64,000 nucleotides of DNA from NCBI GenBank assembly GCA_963825055.1, contig CAWGSK010000012.1, positions 288,001 to 352,000 on the forward strand, written 5' to 3'. Below, piece by piece: positions 49,496 to 62,259 of the stretch. The notes under the pieces are model-generated. The model did no database searches and had not been told where the DNA came from. It saw nothing but the letters and a program-made list of their open reading frames with translations. Numbering within the stretch: position 1 is the stretch's first letter; each line of letters begins with the position of its first letter. The translations under genes were made by a program, and so were the position numbers. Origin of the DNA: an uncultured Gemmatimonadales bacterium (lineage in GTDB: Bacteria > Gemmatimonadota > Gemmatimonadetes > Gemmatimonadales > GWC2-71-9).

Positions 49496-50073
49496 GTGAA
49501 TCCAGCGAAGCCCTCGGTACCCTGGCCGCGACTCCCTCCCGGACCGGCCGGCGCGTCGTCGCCGCGCTGGCCGGCGCCGCGCTCGTGGCGGCGGGTGCCC
49601 ACGTGGCCGTGCCGGTCCCCGGGTCGGCCGTCCCCGCCACGCTCCAGGTGTTTGCGGTGCTGGTGGTCGGGGGGCTCCTGGGCCCGCGCCTCGGCGCCGC
49701 TTCCCTCGTGACGTATCTTGTGCTCGGCGTCATGGGGCTCCCCGTGTTCGCCCCGTTCGGGGCGCCCGGCCTGGCCCGGCTGATCGGGCCCACAGGTGGC
49801 TACCTGCTGGCCTTCCCGGTCGCCGCGGCTGTGGTGGGACTGCTGGCGCGCGATGCGCGGGGCAGGAGCGGAATGCTCCGGATCGCGGCCGGCTGTCTGC
49901 TCGGCCTGGTGACGATTCACGCCGGGGGCGTCGCCCAGTTGAGCATCCTGGCCGGGCCGGCCGTGGCGCTCCAGGCGGGCGTGCTGCCATTCCTCATGCC
50001 TGACCTGGTCAAGGCTGCGCTCGCTGCCGTGGCGATCGGCGCACTGCGCCGACCGGTCGGAAGACTGGTGTGA
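49492..50073 (+). CDS. bioY: Biotin transporter S component
   Basis: VPATLQ, GLPVFA, GPTGGYL, GVLPFL.PDLVK. Confidence 0.92.
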   Translation: MSESSEALGTLAATPSRTGRRVVAALAGAALVAAGAHVAVPVPGSAVPATLQVFAVLVVGGLLGPRLGAASLVTYLVLGVMGLPVFAPFGAPGLARLIGPTGGYLLAFPVAAAVVGLLARDARGRSGMLRIAAGCLLGLVTIHAGGVAQLSILAGPAVALQAGVLPFLMPDLVKAALAAVAIGALRRPVGRLV

Positions 50074-50999
50074 CCACCGGGGCCCCGACGTCGGCCGGAC
50101 GGCGGTGGCCCATCAGCCTGCTGGGCCTTCTGGCCTTCGGCCTCCTCGGGCTCGCGGCGACCCAGCTCTTCGCGGTCGGGCTCTTCAGCGGTGCCCGTGC
50201 CATCGGTGGTGGCGTGGGCGCCTGGGCAACCGACCCCGGCGCCGGCGCGATCCTCCTCGGCGGGCTCGCGATGCTGCTGGGATTTCTTCTCCCAACCTTG
50301 CTGCTCCGCCGGACCCTGCTTCCGGAAACGCCTGTGTCGCTCCGGTGGACCGGGCACTGGCGCCCCGGCCGTGCCTGGGCCAGCGCGCTGGCGTTCGGGG
50401 CCGCGCTGGCCGGCGTGGTGCTGGCCCTCGGGACGCTGGTGGGCGGTGCCGCCTGGACCGCGGACGGCGGCACGGTGGGGGCGTGGGGCGGGCGGGCGCT
50501 CGAACTCGCGCTGCTCCTTGCGCCCGCTGCGCTCGCGGAGGAAATCATTTTCAGGGGACTGCCCCTTGTGGTGATCGCCAGGCATACCGGGCGGGTGGTT
50601 GCGGCCATCGTCATGGCCGTCCTGTTCGCGCTCGCACACTGGAACAACCCCGGCGCCTCGCCGATCGGCCTGGTGAACATCGGGATTGCCGGGCTCTGGC
50701 TCGCCGCCGCGTTCTACGCGCCGGGGGGGCTCTGGACGGCGTTCGGCGCGCATCTTGGCTGGAACTGGTCACTTGCGGTGCTCGATGCCCCGGTGAGCGG
50801 GTTCGACCTCAATATTCCGTTGATTGATTACTTTCCCGGCGGGCCGCGGTGGCTCACGGGGGGGTGGTTCGGGCCGGAAGGTGGGCTGACCGGGACCCTC
50901 GGTCTCGTGGCTGGTACGGTCCTGCTGGTGTGGTACCTGAGGCAGGTGAAGCCCGCGCCGGACGCGCACTTGTTCAAGCCAGACGGGGATCGCGCATGA
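50070..50999 (+). CDS. CPBP (Abi/CAAX) family intramembrane metalloprotease
   Basis: EEIIFRG, FALAH, HLGWN, GPEGG. Confidence 0.92.
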   Translation: MTTGAPTSAGRRWPISLLGLLAFGLLGLAATQLFAVGLFSGARAIGGGVGAWATDPGAGAILLGGLAMLLGFLLPTLLLRRTLLPETPVSLRWTGHWRPGRAWASALAFGAALAGVVLALGTLVGGAAWTADGGTVGAWGGRALELALLLAPAALAEEIIFRGLPLVVIARHTGRVVAAIVMAVLFALAHWNNPGASPIGLVNIGIAGLWLAAAFYAPGGLWTAFGAHLGWNWSLAVLDAPVSGFDLNIPLIDYFPGGPRWLTGGWFGPEGGLTGTLGLVAGTVLLVWYLRQVKPAPDAHLFKPDGDRA

Positions 51000-51850
51000 A
51001 CCGCGTGGCGGTGGTGGGGGCGGGGACCATGGGCAACGGGATTGCCCAGGTATTCGCCGGACAGGGCTGGGAGGTGACCCTGATTGACGTCTCCGAGGAG
51101 GCGCTCGAACGGGGGATGGCGACGGTGCGTCGCAACCTGGGCCGTATGGCCAGGAAGGGCACGATCGCGGTTGACGAGGCGGAGCGGATCCCCGGGCGGA
51201 TCCGGACCAGCATACTGCTGGAGGACGCGGCCGGCGCCGAGCTGGTCATCGAGGCCGCCAGCGAGCGGCCCGACCTCAAGTTCGGCATCTTCGCGCAACT
51301 CGACGACCGCTGCCCCGTCGGGACCATCCTTGCCACCAACACCAGCTCCATTTCCATCACCGAGATCGCGGCGCACACCCGCCGGCCCGGAAAGGTGGTC
51401 GGGATGCACTTCATGAATCCCGTGCCGGTGATGCAGCTGGTCGAGGTGATACGGGGGCAGGCAACGGACGACGCCACGGTGGAGGCGGTCACCGCCACGG
51501 CGACAGCCCTGGGCAAGACTCCCGTGCTGGTGAACGACTACCCCGGGTTCGTGTCGAACCGGGTGCTGATGCCGATGATCAACGAGGCGATCTTCTGCGT
51601 CATGGAAGGCGTGGCTGAACCCGGGGCGATCGACACCGTGATGAAACTCGGGATGGCCCACCCGATGGGGCCGCTGACGCTGGCGGACCTGATCGGGCTC
51701 GACACCTGCCTGGCCATCCTCGAGGTATTGCACGAGGGACTCGGGGACGACAAGTACCGGCCGTGTCCGCTCCTGCGCCGGATGGTGGCGGCCGGGTACC
51801 TCGGCCGGAAATCCGGCCGGGGGTTCTACGACTACGAGACATCTCGCTGA
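50996..51850 (+). CDS. hbd: 3-hydroxybutyryl-CoA dehydrogenase
   Basis: [36 protein letters not shown]. Confidence 0.94.
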   Translation: MNRVAVVGAGTMGNGIAQVFAGQGWEVTLIDVSEEALERGMATVRRNLGRMARKGTIAVDEAERIPGRIRTSILLEDAAGAELVIEAASERPDLKFGIFAQLDDRCPVGTILATNTSSISITEIAAHTRRPGKVVGMHFMNPVPVMQLVEVIRGQATDDATVEAVTATATALGKTPVLVNDYPGFVSNRVLMPMINEAIFCVMEGVAEPGAIDTVMKLGMAHPMGPLTLADLIGLDTCLAILEVLHEGLGDDKYRPCPLLRRMVAAGYLGRKSGRGFYDYETSR

Positions 51851-51910
51851 GCGACCCTGGGGGCCGGACGGTTCCGTGCCCCGCGACCACTCTTCAGGAG
51901 TCAGAGCTTC

Positions 51911-52981
51911 ATGGATGCGTTTGCCGCGCTCAAGGAATACGCGCACGAGCAACTGGTCGTCTGCCAGGAACCCGAGGTGGGTTACACAGGCATCATTGCA
52001 GTGCATGACACGACGCTGGGCCCCGCGCTCGGTGGCACCCGGTACTGGAGCTATCGCACGCTGGACGAGGCGATCGTCGACGCGCTGCGCCTGTCGCGGG
52101 GGATGACATACAAGGCGGCGGTCGCCGGGCTCAACCTGGGCGGTGGCAAGTCTGTCATCGTGGGCGACAACAAGCGTTCCGATCGCGAGGCGATCTTCCG
52201 CGCGCATGGGCGCTTCGTGGAGAGCCTGAACGGGCGCTATATCACGGCCGAGGACGTGGGGACCAGCCCGTCCGACATGGAAATGATCAACCTCGAGACG
52301 CGACATGTTGTCGGCCTGCAGTCGCTGTCCGGTGACCCGTCTCCCGTCACCAGCCACGGCGTATACATGGGCATGAAGGCCGCCGCCGCCTGGCGCTGGA
52401 GCAGCGATGACCTGTCGGGAAAGACCGTGGCGATCCAGGGCTGCGGGAAGGTCGGCTACTACCTGGCCACCTACCTCCATGCGGAGGGGACGAAACTCAT
52501 TGTCACCGACATCGACGCCGACAAGGTCAAGATGGTGGTCGAGGCCACCGGCGCGAAAGCGGTCGGGCCGGACGAGATCTATGACCAGAAGGCGGACATC
52601 TATGCCCCGTGCGCGCTCGGTGCGACCCTCAACGACGATACGCTGAAGCGCCTGAAGGTGGAGATCATTGCGGGCGGCGCCAACAACCAGCTCGAAGAGG
52701 AGCGGCATGGTGACCTGCTCGAGGAGAAGGGCATGGCCTACGCTCCCGACTACGTGATCAATGGCGGCGGCCTGATCAACGTGTATGGCGAGCTCCACGG
52801 CTGGGACAAGGAACGCTCGAAGCGGAAGGCCGGGGAGATCTACCAGGCGATCACGAAAGTCTTCCAGATCGCGAAGCGGGACGGCATCCCGACCTACATG
52901 GCGGCCGACCGCATGGCGGAGGAACGCATCGCCGAGATGGGCCGCCTCAACCAGATCTGGGTCCGTCCGCGCTGTCCGTGA
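51911..52981 (+). CDS. Leu/Val/Phe dehydrogenase (leucine dehydrogenase-like)
   Basis: LGPALGGTR, GMTYK, GGGK, TAEDVGT, GGANNQL. Confidence 0.93.
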   Translation: MDAFAALKEYAHEQLVVCQEPEVGYTGIIAVHDTTLGPALGGTRYWSYRTLDEAIVDALRLSRGMTYKAAVAGLNLGGGKSVIVGDNKRSDREAIFRAHGRFVESLNGRYITAEDVGTSPSDMEMINLETRHVVGLQSLSGDPSPVTSHGVYMGMKAAAAWRWSSDDLSGKTVAIQGCGKVGYYLATYLHAEGTKLIVTDIDADKVKMVVEATGAKAVGPDEIYDQKADIYAPCALGATLNDDTLKRLKVEIIAGGANNQLEEERHGDLLEEKGMAYAPDYVINGGGLINVYGELHGWDKERSKRKAGEIYQAITKVFQIAKRDGIPTYMAADRMAEERIAEMGRLNQIWVRPRCP

Positions 52982-53018
52982 CGGGACAGATCCACCCCGG
53001 TACTGTAGATTGGAACCC

Positions 53019-53474
53019 ATGGCAGAGACCATACCGATTGGTGCCGATCACGCCGGCTTCGCATTGAAGGAGCAAATCGTCGCCGAACTGGCCCGCCTGG
53101 GCTACACACCGCTTGACCTCGGCCCGTCCGATGAACAGTCGGTGGACTACCCGGACTACGCGCACGCGGTGGCGGAGCGCGTCGAGCGTGGCGAGTCCGG
53201 CCGGGGTATCCTCCTGTGCGGAACGGGGCTCGGAATGTCCTACGCCGCAAACCGGCATCACGGCGTCCGCGCCGCCGTGGTCTGGTCGGAGGAAATTGCG
53301 CGACTGGCGCGGGAACACAACGACGCGAATGTCCTTGTGCTCCCCGCCCGGTTCCTGCAGGATGAGGATGCCATGCGGATCCTGCATGCCTGGCTCGATA
53401 CACCCTTTGCCGGCGGCCGCCACGCGCGTCGCGTCGGGAAGATCGAGCCCCCCGCGGAGGCCACGAGTGACTGA
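53019..53474 (+). CDS. rpiB: Ribose-5-phosphate isomerase B
   Basis: GADHAG, VDYPD, CGTGLG, REHNDAN, GGRHARR. Confidence 0.95.
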   Translation: MAETIPIGADHAGFALKEQIVAELARLGYTPLDLGPSDEQSVDYPDYAHAVAERVERGESGRGILLCGTGLGMSYAANRHHGVRAAVVWSEEIARLAREHNDANVLVLPARFLQDEDAMRILHAWLDTPFAGGRHARRVGKIEPPAEATSD

Positions 53475-54741
53475 TACGCACGACACGCCGCTCCGATCCG
53501 TCGACCCGGAGATCGCGACCCTCATCGCCCGCGAGGTCCGGCGCCAGCAGCAGGGGCTTGAACTCATTGCGAGCGAGAACTTCGCCAGCCGCGCCGTGCT
53601 TGAGGCGGCCGGATCCGCCCTCACCAACAAGTACGCCGAGGGCTACCCGGGGAAGCGATACTACGGGGGATGCGAGGTGGTGGACGAGGTTGAGCGCCTC
53701 GCGATCGCTCGTGCGAAGGAGCTCTTCGGCGCCGACCACGCCAACGTCCAGCCGCACAGCGGCGCCCAGGCGAACCTCGCGGCCTTCATGGCCGTCCTGC
53801 CACCGGGGGAGCTGCTGATGGGCATGAGCCTCCCGCATGGTGGGCACCTGACCCACGGGGCGAAGGTCAACCACTCGGGCATGATCTGGCGCGCCACGCA
53901 GTACGGCGTGGATCCGGCCACGGGCCGTATCGATTACGACCAGGTGCGCGACATCGCCCGGCGGGATCGCCCCGGCCTGCTTATCGCCGGCGGGAGCGCC
54001 TACGCCCGGACCATCGACTTCGCCACCTTCCGCGCCATCGCGGACGAAGTGGACGCGACTTTCCTGGTGGACATGGCCCACATCGCGGGGCTCGTGGCCG
54101 GGGGCGCGCATCCGTCGCCGGTGCCGCACGCGGACCTCGTCACCAGCACGACGCACAAGACGCTGCGCGGTCCGAGGGCGGGCATGATCCTCTGTCGCGC
54201 CGAATTCGGGCGCGCGGTGGACAAGTCGGTCTTTCCGGGTCACCAGGGCGGGCCGCTTGAGCACGTCATCGCCGCGAAGGCGGTGGCCTTCGGCGAAGCG
54301 CTGCGACCGTCCTTCCGGGAGTACGCGGCGCAGGTGGTGGCCAACGCGCGCGCGCTGGCCGCCGCGCTCATCGCGCGCGGGTTCGCCATCGTCTCCGGCG
54401 GGACCGATACACACCTCATGCTGGTGGACCTCCGCTCACGGAAGCTCACGGGCAAGGTGGCGGAAGCGCTGCTGGGTGACGCCGGGATCACTGTCAACAA
54501 GAACACGATTCCGGACGACCCCGAGTCGCCGTTTGTCACCAGCGGCGTCCGCCTGGGCACCCCCGCCCTCACCACCCGGGGCATGGGCACGGCCGAGATG
54601 GAGCGGATCGCCGGCTTTATCGACGAGGTACTGTCCCGGCGGGACGACGCCACGATCGCCCGGGTCCGCCGCACGGTGGAGGAAATGGCGGGCGCGTTCC
54701 CACTCTACGAATCCGTTCCGGAACCGGTCGGCTCGCGGTGA
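53467..54741 (+). CDS. glyA: Serine hydroxymethyltransferase
   Basis: [31 protein letters not shown]. Confidence 0.98.
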   Translation: MTDTHDTPLRSVDPEIATLIAREVRRQQQGLELIASENFASRAVLEAAGSALTNKYAEGYPGKRYYGGCEVVDEVERLAIARAKELFGADHANVQPHSGAQANLAAFMAVLPPGELLMGMSLPHGGHLTHGAKVNHSGMIWRATQYGVDPATGRIDYDQVRDIARRDRPGLLIAGGSAYARTIDFATFRAIADEVDATFLVDMAHIAGLVAGGAHPSPVPHADLVTSTTHKTLRGPRAGMILCRAEFGRAVDKSVFPGHQGGPLEHVIAAKAVAFGEALRPSFREYAAQVVANARALAAALIARGFAIVSGGTDTHLMLVDLRSRKLTGKVAEALLGDAGITVNKNTIPDDPESPFVTSGVRLGTPALTTRGMGTAEMERIAGFIDEVLSRRDDATIARVRRTVEEMAGAFPLYESVPEPVGSR

Positions 54742-55127
54742 ACGAGCTTCAGTTTGCCGACGGCGTGCTGACCCGGATCCTCGAGCGGGAGCCGCGCTAC
54801 CACGAGCGGGCGTACCTGTTCGTGCTCGCCGCCATCGAGTACCTCCAGTGCCGGCTGCCCGAACGGCGGCACGTCACCGGGGCCGAGCTCGCCTGGGCCT
54901 GCCGCGACCTGGCGCTCGACCAGTTCGGGCTGCTTGCCCGGCCGGTCCTGGAGCACTGGAACATCCGCACGACCGAGGACCTCGGCCGGATCGTCTTCAC
55001 CATGGTGGAGGTGGACCTGCTCCTCGCCCGGCCGGAAGACTCAGTTCAGGACTTCGCGGACATCTACGGGTTTGAGGACGCCTTTCGCGCCGACCTGGTC
55101 TGGGAGCGTGTCGCGAATCAGGCGTGA
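54738..55127 (+). CDS. Minf_1886-like conserved hypothetical protein
   Basis: [34 protein letters not shown]. Confidence 0.78.
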   Translation: MNELQFADGVLTRILEREPRYHERAYLFVLAAIEYLQCRLPERRHVTGAELAWACRDLALDQFGLLARPVLEHWNIRTTEDLGRIVFTMVEVDLLLARPEDSVQDFADIYGFEDAFRADLVWERVANQA

Positions 55128-55147
55128 TGCCGTCACGGGGAGGGAAC

Positions 55148-55342
55148 ATGGAGAGCAGGGACTGGACGGACTGCCGCAGCTGCGCCAAGGGCGTACTGGT
55201 GCCCCTGTCGGACTATGGGCGCGACGGCGCGCCGATCACCTACAAGGCATGGGTCTGCACCAATCCTGAGTGCGGGTTCAACCTGCGGATCGACAACGGC
55301 GAAATCTCGATCGGCCGCACCATCACCCGCGGCCAGAAGTAA
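55148..55342 (+). CDS. Small zinc-ribbon protein (64 aa)
   Basis: GGGAGG RBS; CRSC...CTNPEC. Confidence 0.75.
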   Translation: MESRDWTDCRSCAKGVLVPLSDYGRDGAPITYKAWVCTNPECGFNLRIDNGEISIGRTITRGQK

Positions 55343-55375
55343 GCCACGGCCGGAGTCCCGGCCGCCACCCCCGCC

Positions 55376-56920
55376 ATGCCCATCATCCCCGTCCTGACAC
55401 CAGGTGAATCGGCGGACTGGGATCGCCTCGCCGAGTCGGCGGGGATCGCCCTCGCCACCCTGATGGATGCCGCCGGCCGCGCCGTGGCCGATGTCCTGGC
55501 GCGCCGCTATCCCGCGCCGCTCCGCCAGGGAGTCCTCGTGGCGTGCGGCAAGGGCAACAACGGTGGGGACGGCTGGGTGGTGGCGCGTGTCCTGCACCGG
55601 CTCGACGTCTCCGTCTGGGTGGCTGCAGTGCCGGGGGACGGGTCGCCCCTGCAGCAGGCCGTGCGCGAGCGCGCCCTCGCTGAGGGTGTGCGAACCGTCT
55701 CGGTGGATGGCCCCTGGCCGAACGTGGGTCTCGTGGTGGACGCCATCCTGGGCACGGGCGCCAGCGGCGCGCCCCGTGAGCCCGCCGCAGGCCTGGCCGA
55801 ACGCCTCGCCGAAGCGCGGGTGCCGCGGGTCGCGGTGGATGGGCCTACCGGGCTCGACCTCGGCACCGGCGTTTCCTGGGGGCATGCCGGCGCCGACCTG
55901 ACGGTGACCTTCGGCGGGCTCCGCCGGGGCCACCTGCTGGGACGCGAGGATGTCGGCGACGTCGTGGTGGTGGACATCGGCCATCCGCCGCCTGACCCTG
56001 CCTGGACCACCTTCGTAACCGACGCGATGGCAGCCGCCTGGCTCCCGGTGCTCCGCGCAGGCGACCACAAGGGCATCCACGGGCGGGTCGCGGTGGTTGG
56101 CGGCAGCGGGGGCATGGCCGGTGCCGTCCGGATGAGCGCCCGGTCCGCGTTCGCCGCCGGCGCGGGGCTTGTCCATGCCGTCGCCCCCCTCGCAACCATC
56201 GAGGCGATACGCTCGGGCGACCCGGACATCCAGACCCTCGTGCACCCGCTGGAGGGAGAACCGGGCGAGGGAGACCTCCCCCCACTCGAAAATGCCGATG
56301 CCGTGGTGATCGGCCCCGGCCTCGGCCGGGAGCCCGGGCGGCGTGAGTTTGCCGCCGCCGTAATGCGACGGGCCCGCCGGCTCGTCGTGGATGCGGACGC
56401 GCTCACCATCTTCCAGGACGACCTGGACACACTCGCGTCCCTGGTGCGCGGGCGACCCGCAGTGCTGACCCCTCATCCGGGAGAATTCCGCTCCCTCTTT
56501 GGCGACCTCGCCTCCCACCTGGAGAGCGACCCGTGGGACGCCGCCGCTCGCGCTTCCTCCGCGGTGGGCGCCACGGTGCTCCTGAAGGGGGTGCCCACGG
56601 TCGTGGCCCGGGGTGGCCGGTGCTCCTTCACAGTCGGAGCGGGCAACCCCGGGCTCGCAACCGGAGGGTCGGGAGACGTGTTGAGCGGCATTATCGGCGC
56701 GGCCCTCGCCCGCGGGATGGAGCCTGACCAGGCCGCCGCGCTCGGCGCGCAGGTCCTCGGCCGGGCCGCTGACGCCGCAGCGCGACGCACCACAGCCCGG
56801 GCGCTCCGGCCGCTGGACGTGATTGGCGCCTTCCCCGAGCTCTGGCGGACGTGGTCGCTCCCCGCGCCTGCCGCCCGGCCCCCGGTCCTGCTCGACCTTC
56901 CCGCTCCCGCCACCGTCTGA
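55376..56920 (+). CDS. nnr: Bifunctional NAD(P)HX epimerase/dehydratase
   Basis: GKGNNGGDG, VDAILGTG, HKG..G, IGPGLG, LTPHPGE, ATGGSGDVL. Confidence 0.95.
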   Translation: MPIIPVLTPGESADWDRLAESAGIALATLMDAAGRAVADVLARRYPAPLRQGVLVACGKGNNGGDGWVVARVLHRLDVSVWVAAVPGDGSPLQQAVRERALAEGVRTVSVDGPWPNVGLVVDAILGTGASGAPREPAAGLAERLAEARVPRVAVDGPTGLDLGTGVSWGHAGADLTVTFGGLRRGHLLGREDVGDVVVVDIGHPPPDPAWTTFVTDAMAAAWLPVLRAGDHKGIHGRVAVVGGSGGMAGAVRMSARSAFAAGAGLVHAVAPLATIEAIRSGDPDIQTLVHPLEGEPGEGDLPPLENADAVVIGPGLGREPGRREFAAAVMRRARRLVVDADALTIFQDDLDTLASLVRGRPAVLTPHPGEFRSLFGDLASHLESDPWDAAARASSAVGATVLLKGVPTVVARGGRCSFTVGAGNPGLATGGSGDVLSGIIGAALARGMEPDQAAALGAQVLGRAADAAARRTTARALRPLDVIGAFPELWRTWSLPAPAARPPVLLDLPAPATV

Positions 56921-56948
56921 CCCTCCCCCGGCGCGCTATACTTCCAGC

Positions 56949-58520
56949 ATGGTCCGAACGAGCCTGTTGCTTCTCTCTTGCGCAGCCCTGCATGGCACGC
57001 TCGCCGCGCAGTCGGCCCCGAAGTGGTCGCCGCGCGAGCGCATGGTGGTGGGTGACTATTCCCGCATCACGGCGGTGGCCGCCGCACAGGACCGGGTGTA
57101 CGCCGCCTCACCCGACGGGATCCTCACCTGGAACCCGTACTTCCGGCAGTGGGAAGGAACCGCAACCCCGCCGGACCCGGCCATGCTGGACCGGGTCTTC
57201 GCCGCCCTGGTGGATCCGCTCGACAATACCCTCTGGATGGCACGGCTCGATGGCTGGGTACACTACAACCCGTTCATCCAGACGTGGGAAAGGGGCACCG
57301 CCGGGGGGGCGGTGCAGGGGATCGCCTTTGACCTGGGCGCCCCGCTCGACGGCCTCTATCTCCGGACGGCTAGCGGCTGGATGATGGTGCCCCGCGGTTC
57401 GAGCGCCGCGGTCCCTGCGTCGGCGCCGCGGCGACCGGTCATGCCTGCCACGGTGCGCGAGGCCGTCGAGCAGAACCCGACTCTCCAGGCCAACAGTGCG
57501 GCAATCCTCCAGGACAACCGTCTCCGTTCTGCCCGGTTCACTGCCGCGGCGCGCTCGTTCGACGGCCTGGGATGGTACCTGGGGACTTGGGGCGTGGGCT
57601 TGCTGTACCTCCCGGACGGGGCCGCCCTGCCGCAGCAGCTCACCTACGGGCTGCCGGGCCGGGCGGTGGACGCGCTCTTCGGCGCGCCCGACGGCGTGTG
57701 GGTGTCCACGGCGCGGGCCGCAAGCCAGGATCCGGCGATCGCGTTTGTCTCCTCGGACCTCTCCGACTTCCGCTGGATCCGTGGCCCCACAGGTTTCGGG
57801 CTTCCCTTCGACCGTTCCTCGGCCATGGTGGCGCGGGGACGGGAATTGTGGATCGGCACGAACGCCGGCGCCGTCAAGGTGGACATGGAGCGCGGTGGAA
57901 CCACGGTCTACGATGAAGGCCGTGGCCTGCCGGACAGCAGGGTGCTGTCGCTCGCGACCCGCTATGGGCGGCTGGTGATCGGCACGGAGCGTGGAGTGGT
58001 GACCGTGGACAGCGGCGATGTCCAGCGCGTTGCGCCCGGATGGGCCGGGGCCTCCCAGGCCCTGGCCATCACGGGCGACACGATCTGGGTGGGCACGCGA
58101 GCCGGCATCCGGGCGATCCTGCCCGGGGCATCGGATGCCCGGGTCCTGCCCCAGCTGGAGAGTGCCGCGAGCCTGCAGCTCAACATCACCGGCTTCGCCT
58201 GGCAGGCGGACACTCTCGTCGCCCTGAGTGATGACCGGCTGCTCTGGCGGAAGCCCTCGAGCGGCACCTGGTTCCTCGGTCCGATACTGTCCCCGTTGCT
58301 GGGTCGCCTCCGCCTCATCACGGCCGATCGCCAGGGGCTGTGGGTGGCCGGCGACCGCGCCGTGGCCTTCACGACTCCCACCATGGCGCCGACCCGTCCA
58401 CTCGACATTCCCGATGACACCAATGGCGACGTGATGGCCCTCGCGGCCGACGACGTCTACCTCTGGATCGGCACCGAGCGGGGCCTCACCCGGTTTGCCA
58501 TGCAGGCCATCCGTCCGTGA
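56949..58520 (+). CDS. Secreted beta-propeller protein
   Basis: Signal peptide; repeated LWIGT..G blades (LWIGTNAG, IWVGTRAG, LWIGTERG). Confidence 0.8.
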   Translation: MVRTSLLLLSCAALHGTLAAQSAPKWSPRERMVVGDYSRITAVAAAQDRVYAASPDGILTWNPYFRQWEGTATPPDPAMLDRVFAALVDPLDNTLWMARLDGWVHYNPFIQTWERGTAGGAVQGIAFDLGAPLDGLYLRTASGWMMVPRGSSAAVPASAPRRPVMPATVREAVEQNPTLQANSAAILQDNRLRSARFTAAARSFDGLGWYLGTWGVGLLYLPDGAALPQQLTYGLPGRAVDALFGAPDGVWVSTARAASQDPAIAFVSSDLSDFRWIRGPTGFGLPFDRSSAMVARGRELWIGTNAGAVKVDMERGGTTVYDEGRGLPDSRVLSLATRYGRLVIGTERGVVTVDSGDVQRVAPGWAGASQALAITGDTIWVGTRAGIRAILPGASDARVLPQLESAASLQLNITGFAWQADTLVALSDDRLLWRKPSSGTWFLGPILSPLLGRLRLITADRQGLWVAGDRAVAFTTPTMAPTRPLDIPDDTNGDVMALAADDVYLWIGTERGLTRFAMQAIRP

Positions 58521-59475
58521 CGTTGCTCGACCTGGGGCCGGGGGTGGAATTCGATCGGATCCGGAGTATCGCACGCGCCCTGGGCGCCCGCGGCACGGCG
58601 CTCGGCGATGACTGCGCGCTCGTACCCATGGGTGACACCTTCCTTGCGCTGAGTTGCGACCTCACCGTGGAGGGAGTTCACTACCGCCGCGAATGGCTCA
58701 CCCCCGCGGAGGCAGGATGGCGTGCGGCCACCGCAGCGCTCTCCGACCTGGCCGCGGATGGCGCCGAGACCATCGGCGTCCTCGTGGCGCTCGGCATGCC
58801 GGCGGAAGCGGATGACGAGTCCGTCGCCTTCATGGAAGGTGTGGGTGACGCAGTTGAGGCCGCCGGCGGAACGGTCCTCGGCGGAGACCTGAGCACCGCG
58901 CCGGCCTGGGCCTGCGACGTCACCGCGGTCGGGAGGGCCTCCAACCCCGTTACGCGGGCAGGCGCCAGGAACGGCGACGGGATCTGGGTGACCGGATCGC
59001 TGGGCGGCGCGAGGGCGGCCGTGCGGGCGTGGGAGGCTGGTCGCGAGCCGGGGGGAGATGCCAGGCAGCTTTTTGCGAGGCCTGAGGCACGGATCGGCGC
59101 CGGCCGGTGGCTCGCGGCGGCGGGGGCGCATGCGATGCTGGACCTGAGTGACGGACTGGCCGGCGATGCGAGGCACCTCGCCGCCGCGAGCCGCGTCGGC
59201 ATCGACATTGACCTCGGCCTGGTTCCGGTGGCTCCGTGCGCTGCGCGTGAAGCGGTGGTCGCCGGAGAGGCTCCAGCGCACTTCGCGGCCACCGGCGGCG
59301 AGGACTACGAACTCCTGGTTGCCATGCCGGAAGGTTTCGGTGCGGAAGGCGCGCGGGACTTTCTCGCGGCGACCGGCGTCCCGCTGGTCAGGGTCGGTCT
59401 CGTTGGCGGCGTTCCGGGTGTCCGGTTCCTCGATGAGGGTCGGCCGACGTCCCTCGAGGGATTCGACCACTTCCG

Positions 59476-59479
<4 letters not shown>
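58517..59479 (+). CDS. thiL: Thiamine-monophosphate kinase
   Basis: GDDCA, LSDLAA, GGD, DLSDGL, GGEDYELL. Confidence 0.95.
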
Positions 59480-61846
<2,367 letters not shown>

Positions 61847-61885
61847 CCTTCGCCCTTCGACCTTCGACTTTTGTCCTCGCTTCAG

Positions 61886-61959
61886 GGCAGGGTAGCTCAG
61901 GTGGTTAGAGCACGGCACTCATAATGCCGGGGTCGCGGGTTCGAGTCCCGCCCCTGCTA
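61886..61959 (+). tRNA. Elongator tRNA-Met(CAT)
   Basis: GGCAGGG/CCCTGCT acceptor stem, loop CTCATAA, GGTTCGAGTCC; lacks initiator features; Ile2 not fully excluded. Confidence 0.92.
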
Positions 61960-61960
61960 T

Positions 61961-61987
61961 GCTCTCCTCGTAGAGGAGAGCTTTTTT
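61961..61987 (+). terminator. Intrinsic terminator of tRNA-Met
   Basis: GCTCTCCTC-GTA-GAGGAGAGC followed by T6. Confidence 0.88.
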
Positions 61988-62005
61988 GTGGCCTCGGCCT
62001 TCAGC

Positions 62006-62051
62006 TCGAGTCCCGCCCCTGCGATGCTCTCCTCGAAGCGGAGGGCTTTTT
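62006..62051 (+). repeat. Direct duplicate of the tRNA-Met 3' end plus terminator (copy of 61941-61986)
   Basis: 46-bp repeat with 4 substitutions. Confidence 0.9.
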
Positions 62052-62122
62052 CTTTACCTGGGTCGAAGGCGAAAGTCGAAGGTCGAAGGTCCGGACGTTG
62101 CCCTCACGGCTCGACTCTCCAT

Positions 62123-62183
62123 TCCCTACTCCCTACTCCCTACTCCCTGCTCCCTGCTCCCTGCTCCCTGCTCCCTGCTCCCT
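62123..62183. repeat. Heptamer array (TCCCTAC)3(TCCCTGC)5TCCCT
   Basis: Read directly from the sequence. Confidence 0.95.
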
Positions 62184-62184
62184 C

Positions 62185-62212
62185 TTGACAGTGGCTTCCC
62201 CGCCATCATGCT
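62185..62212 (+). promoter_or_regulatory. Putative promoter of the M1 peptidase gene
   Basis: Perfect TTGACA; weak -10 (CATGCT at 16 nt). Confidence 0.35.
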
Positions 62213-62259
62213 AGGCATGAGCGGTCCCCCTGTCGCCCGTCTCCAGCCGAGGTCGAACG

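Noticed and set aside
50070..50999. Abortive-infection defence gene
   Set aside because: The Abi name of the CPBP family is historical; this is a membrane protease-like gene in a metabolic operon.
61941..62051. Mini CRISPR array or second tRNA
   Set aside because: Only two copies; the unit is the tRNA 3' end plus terminator, with no D arm or anticodon arm.
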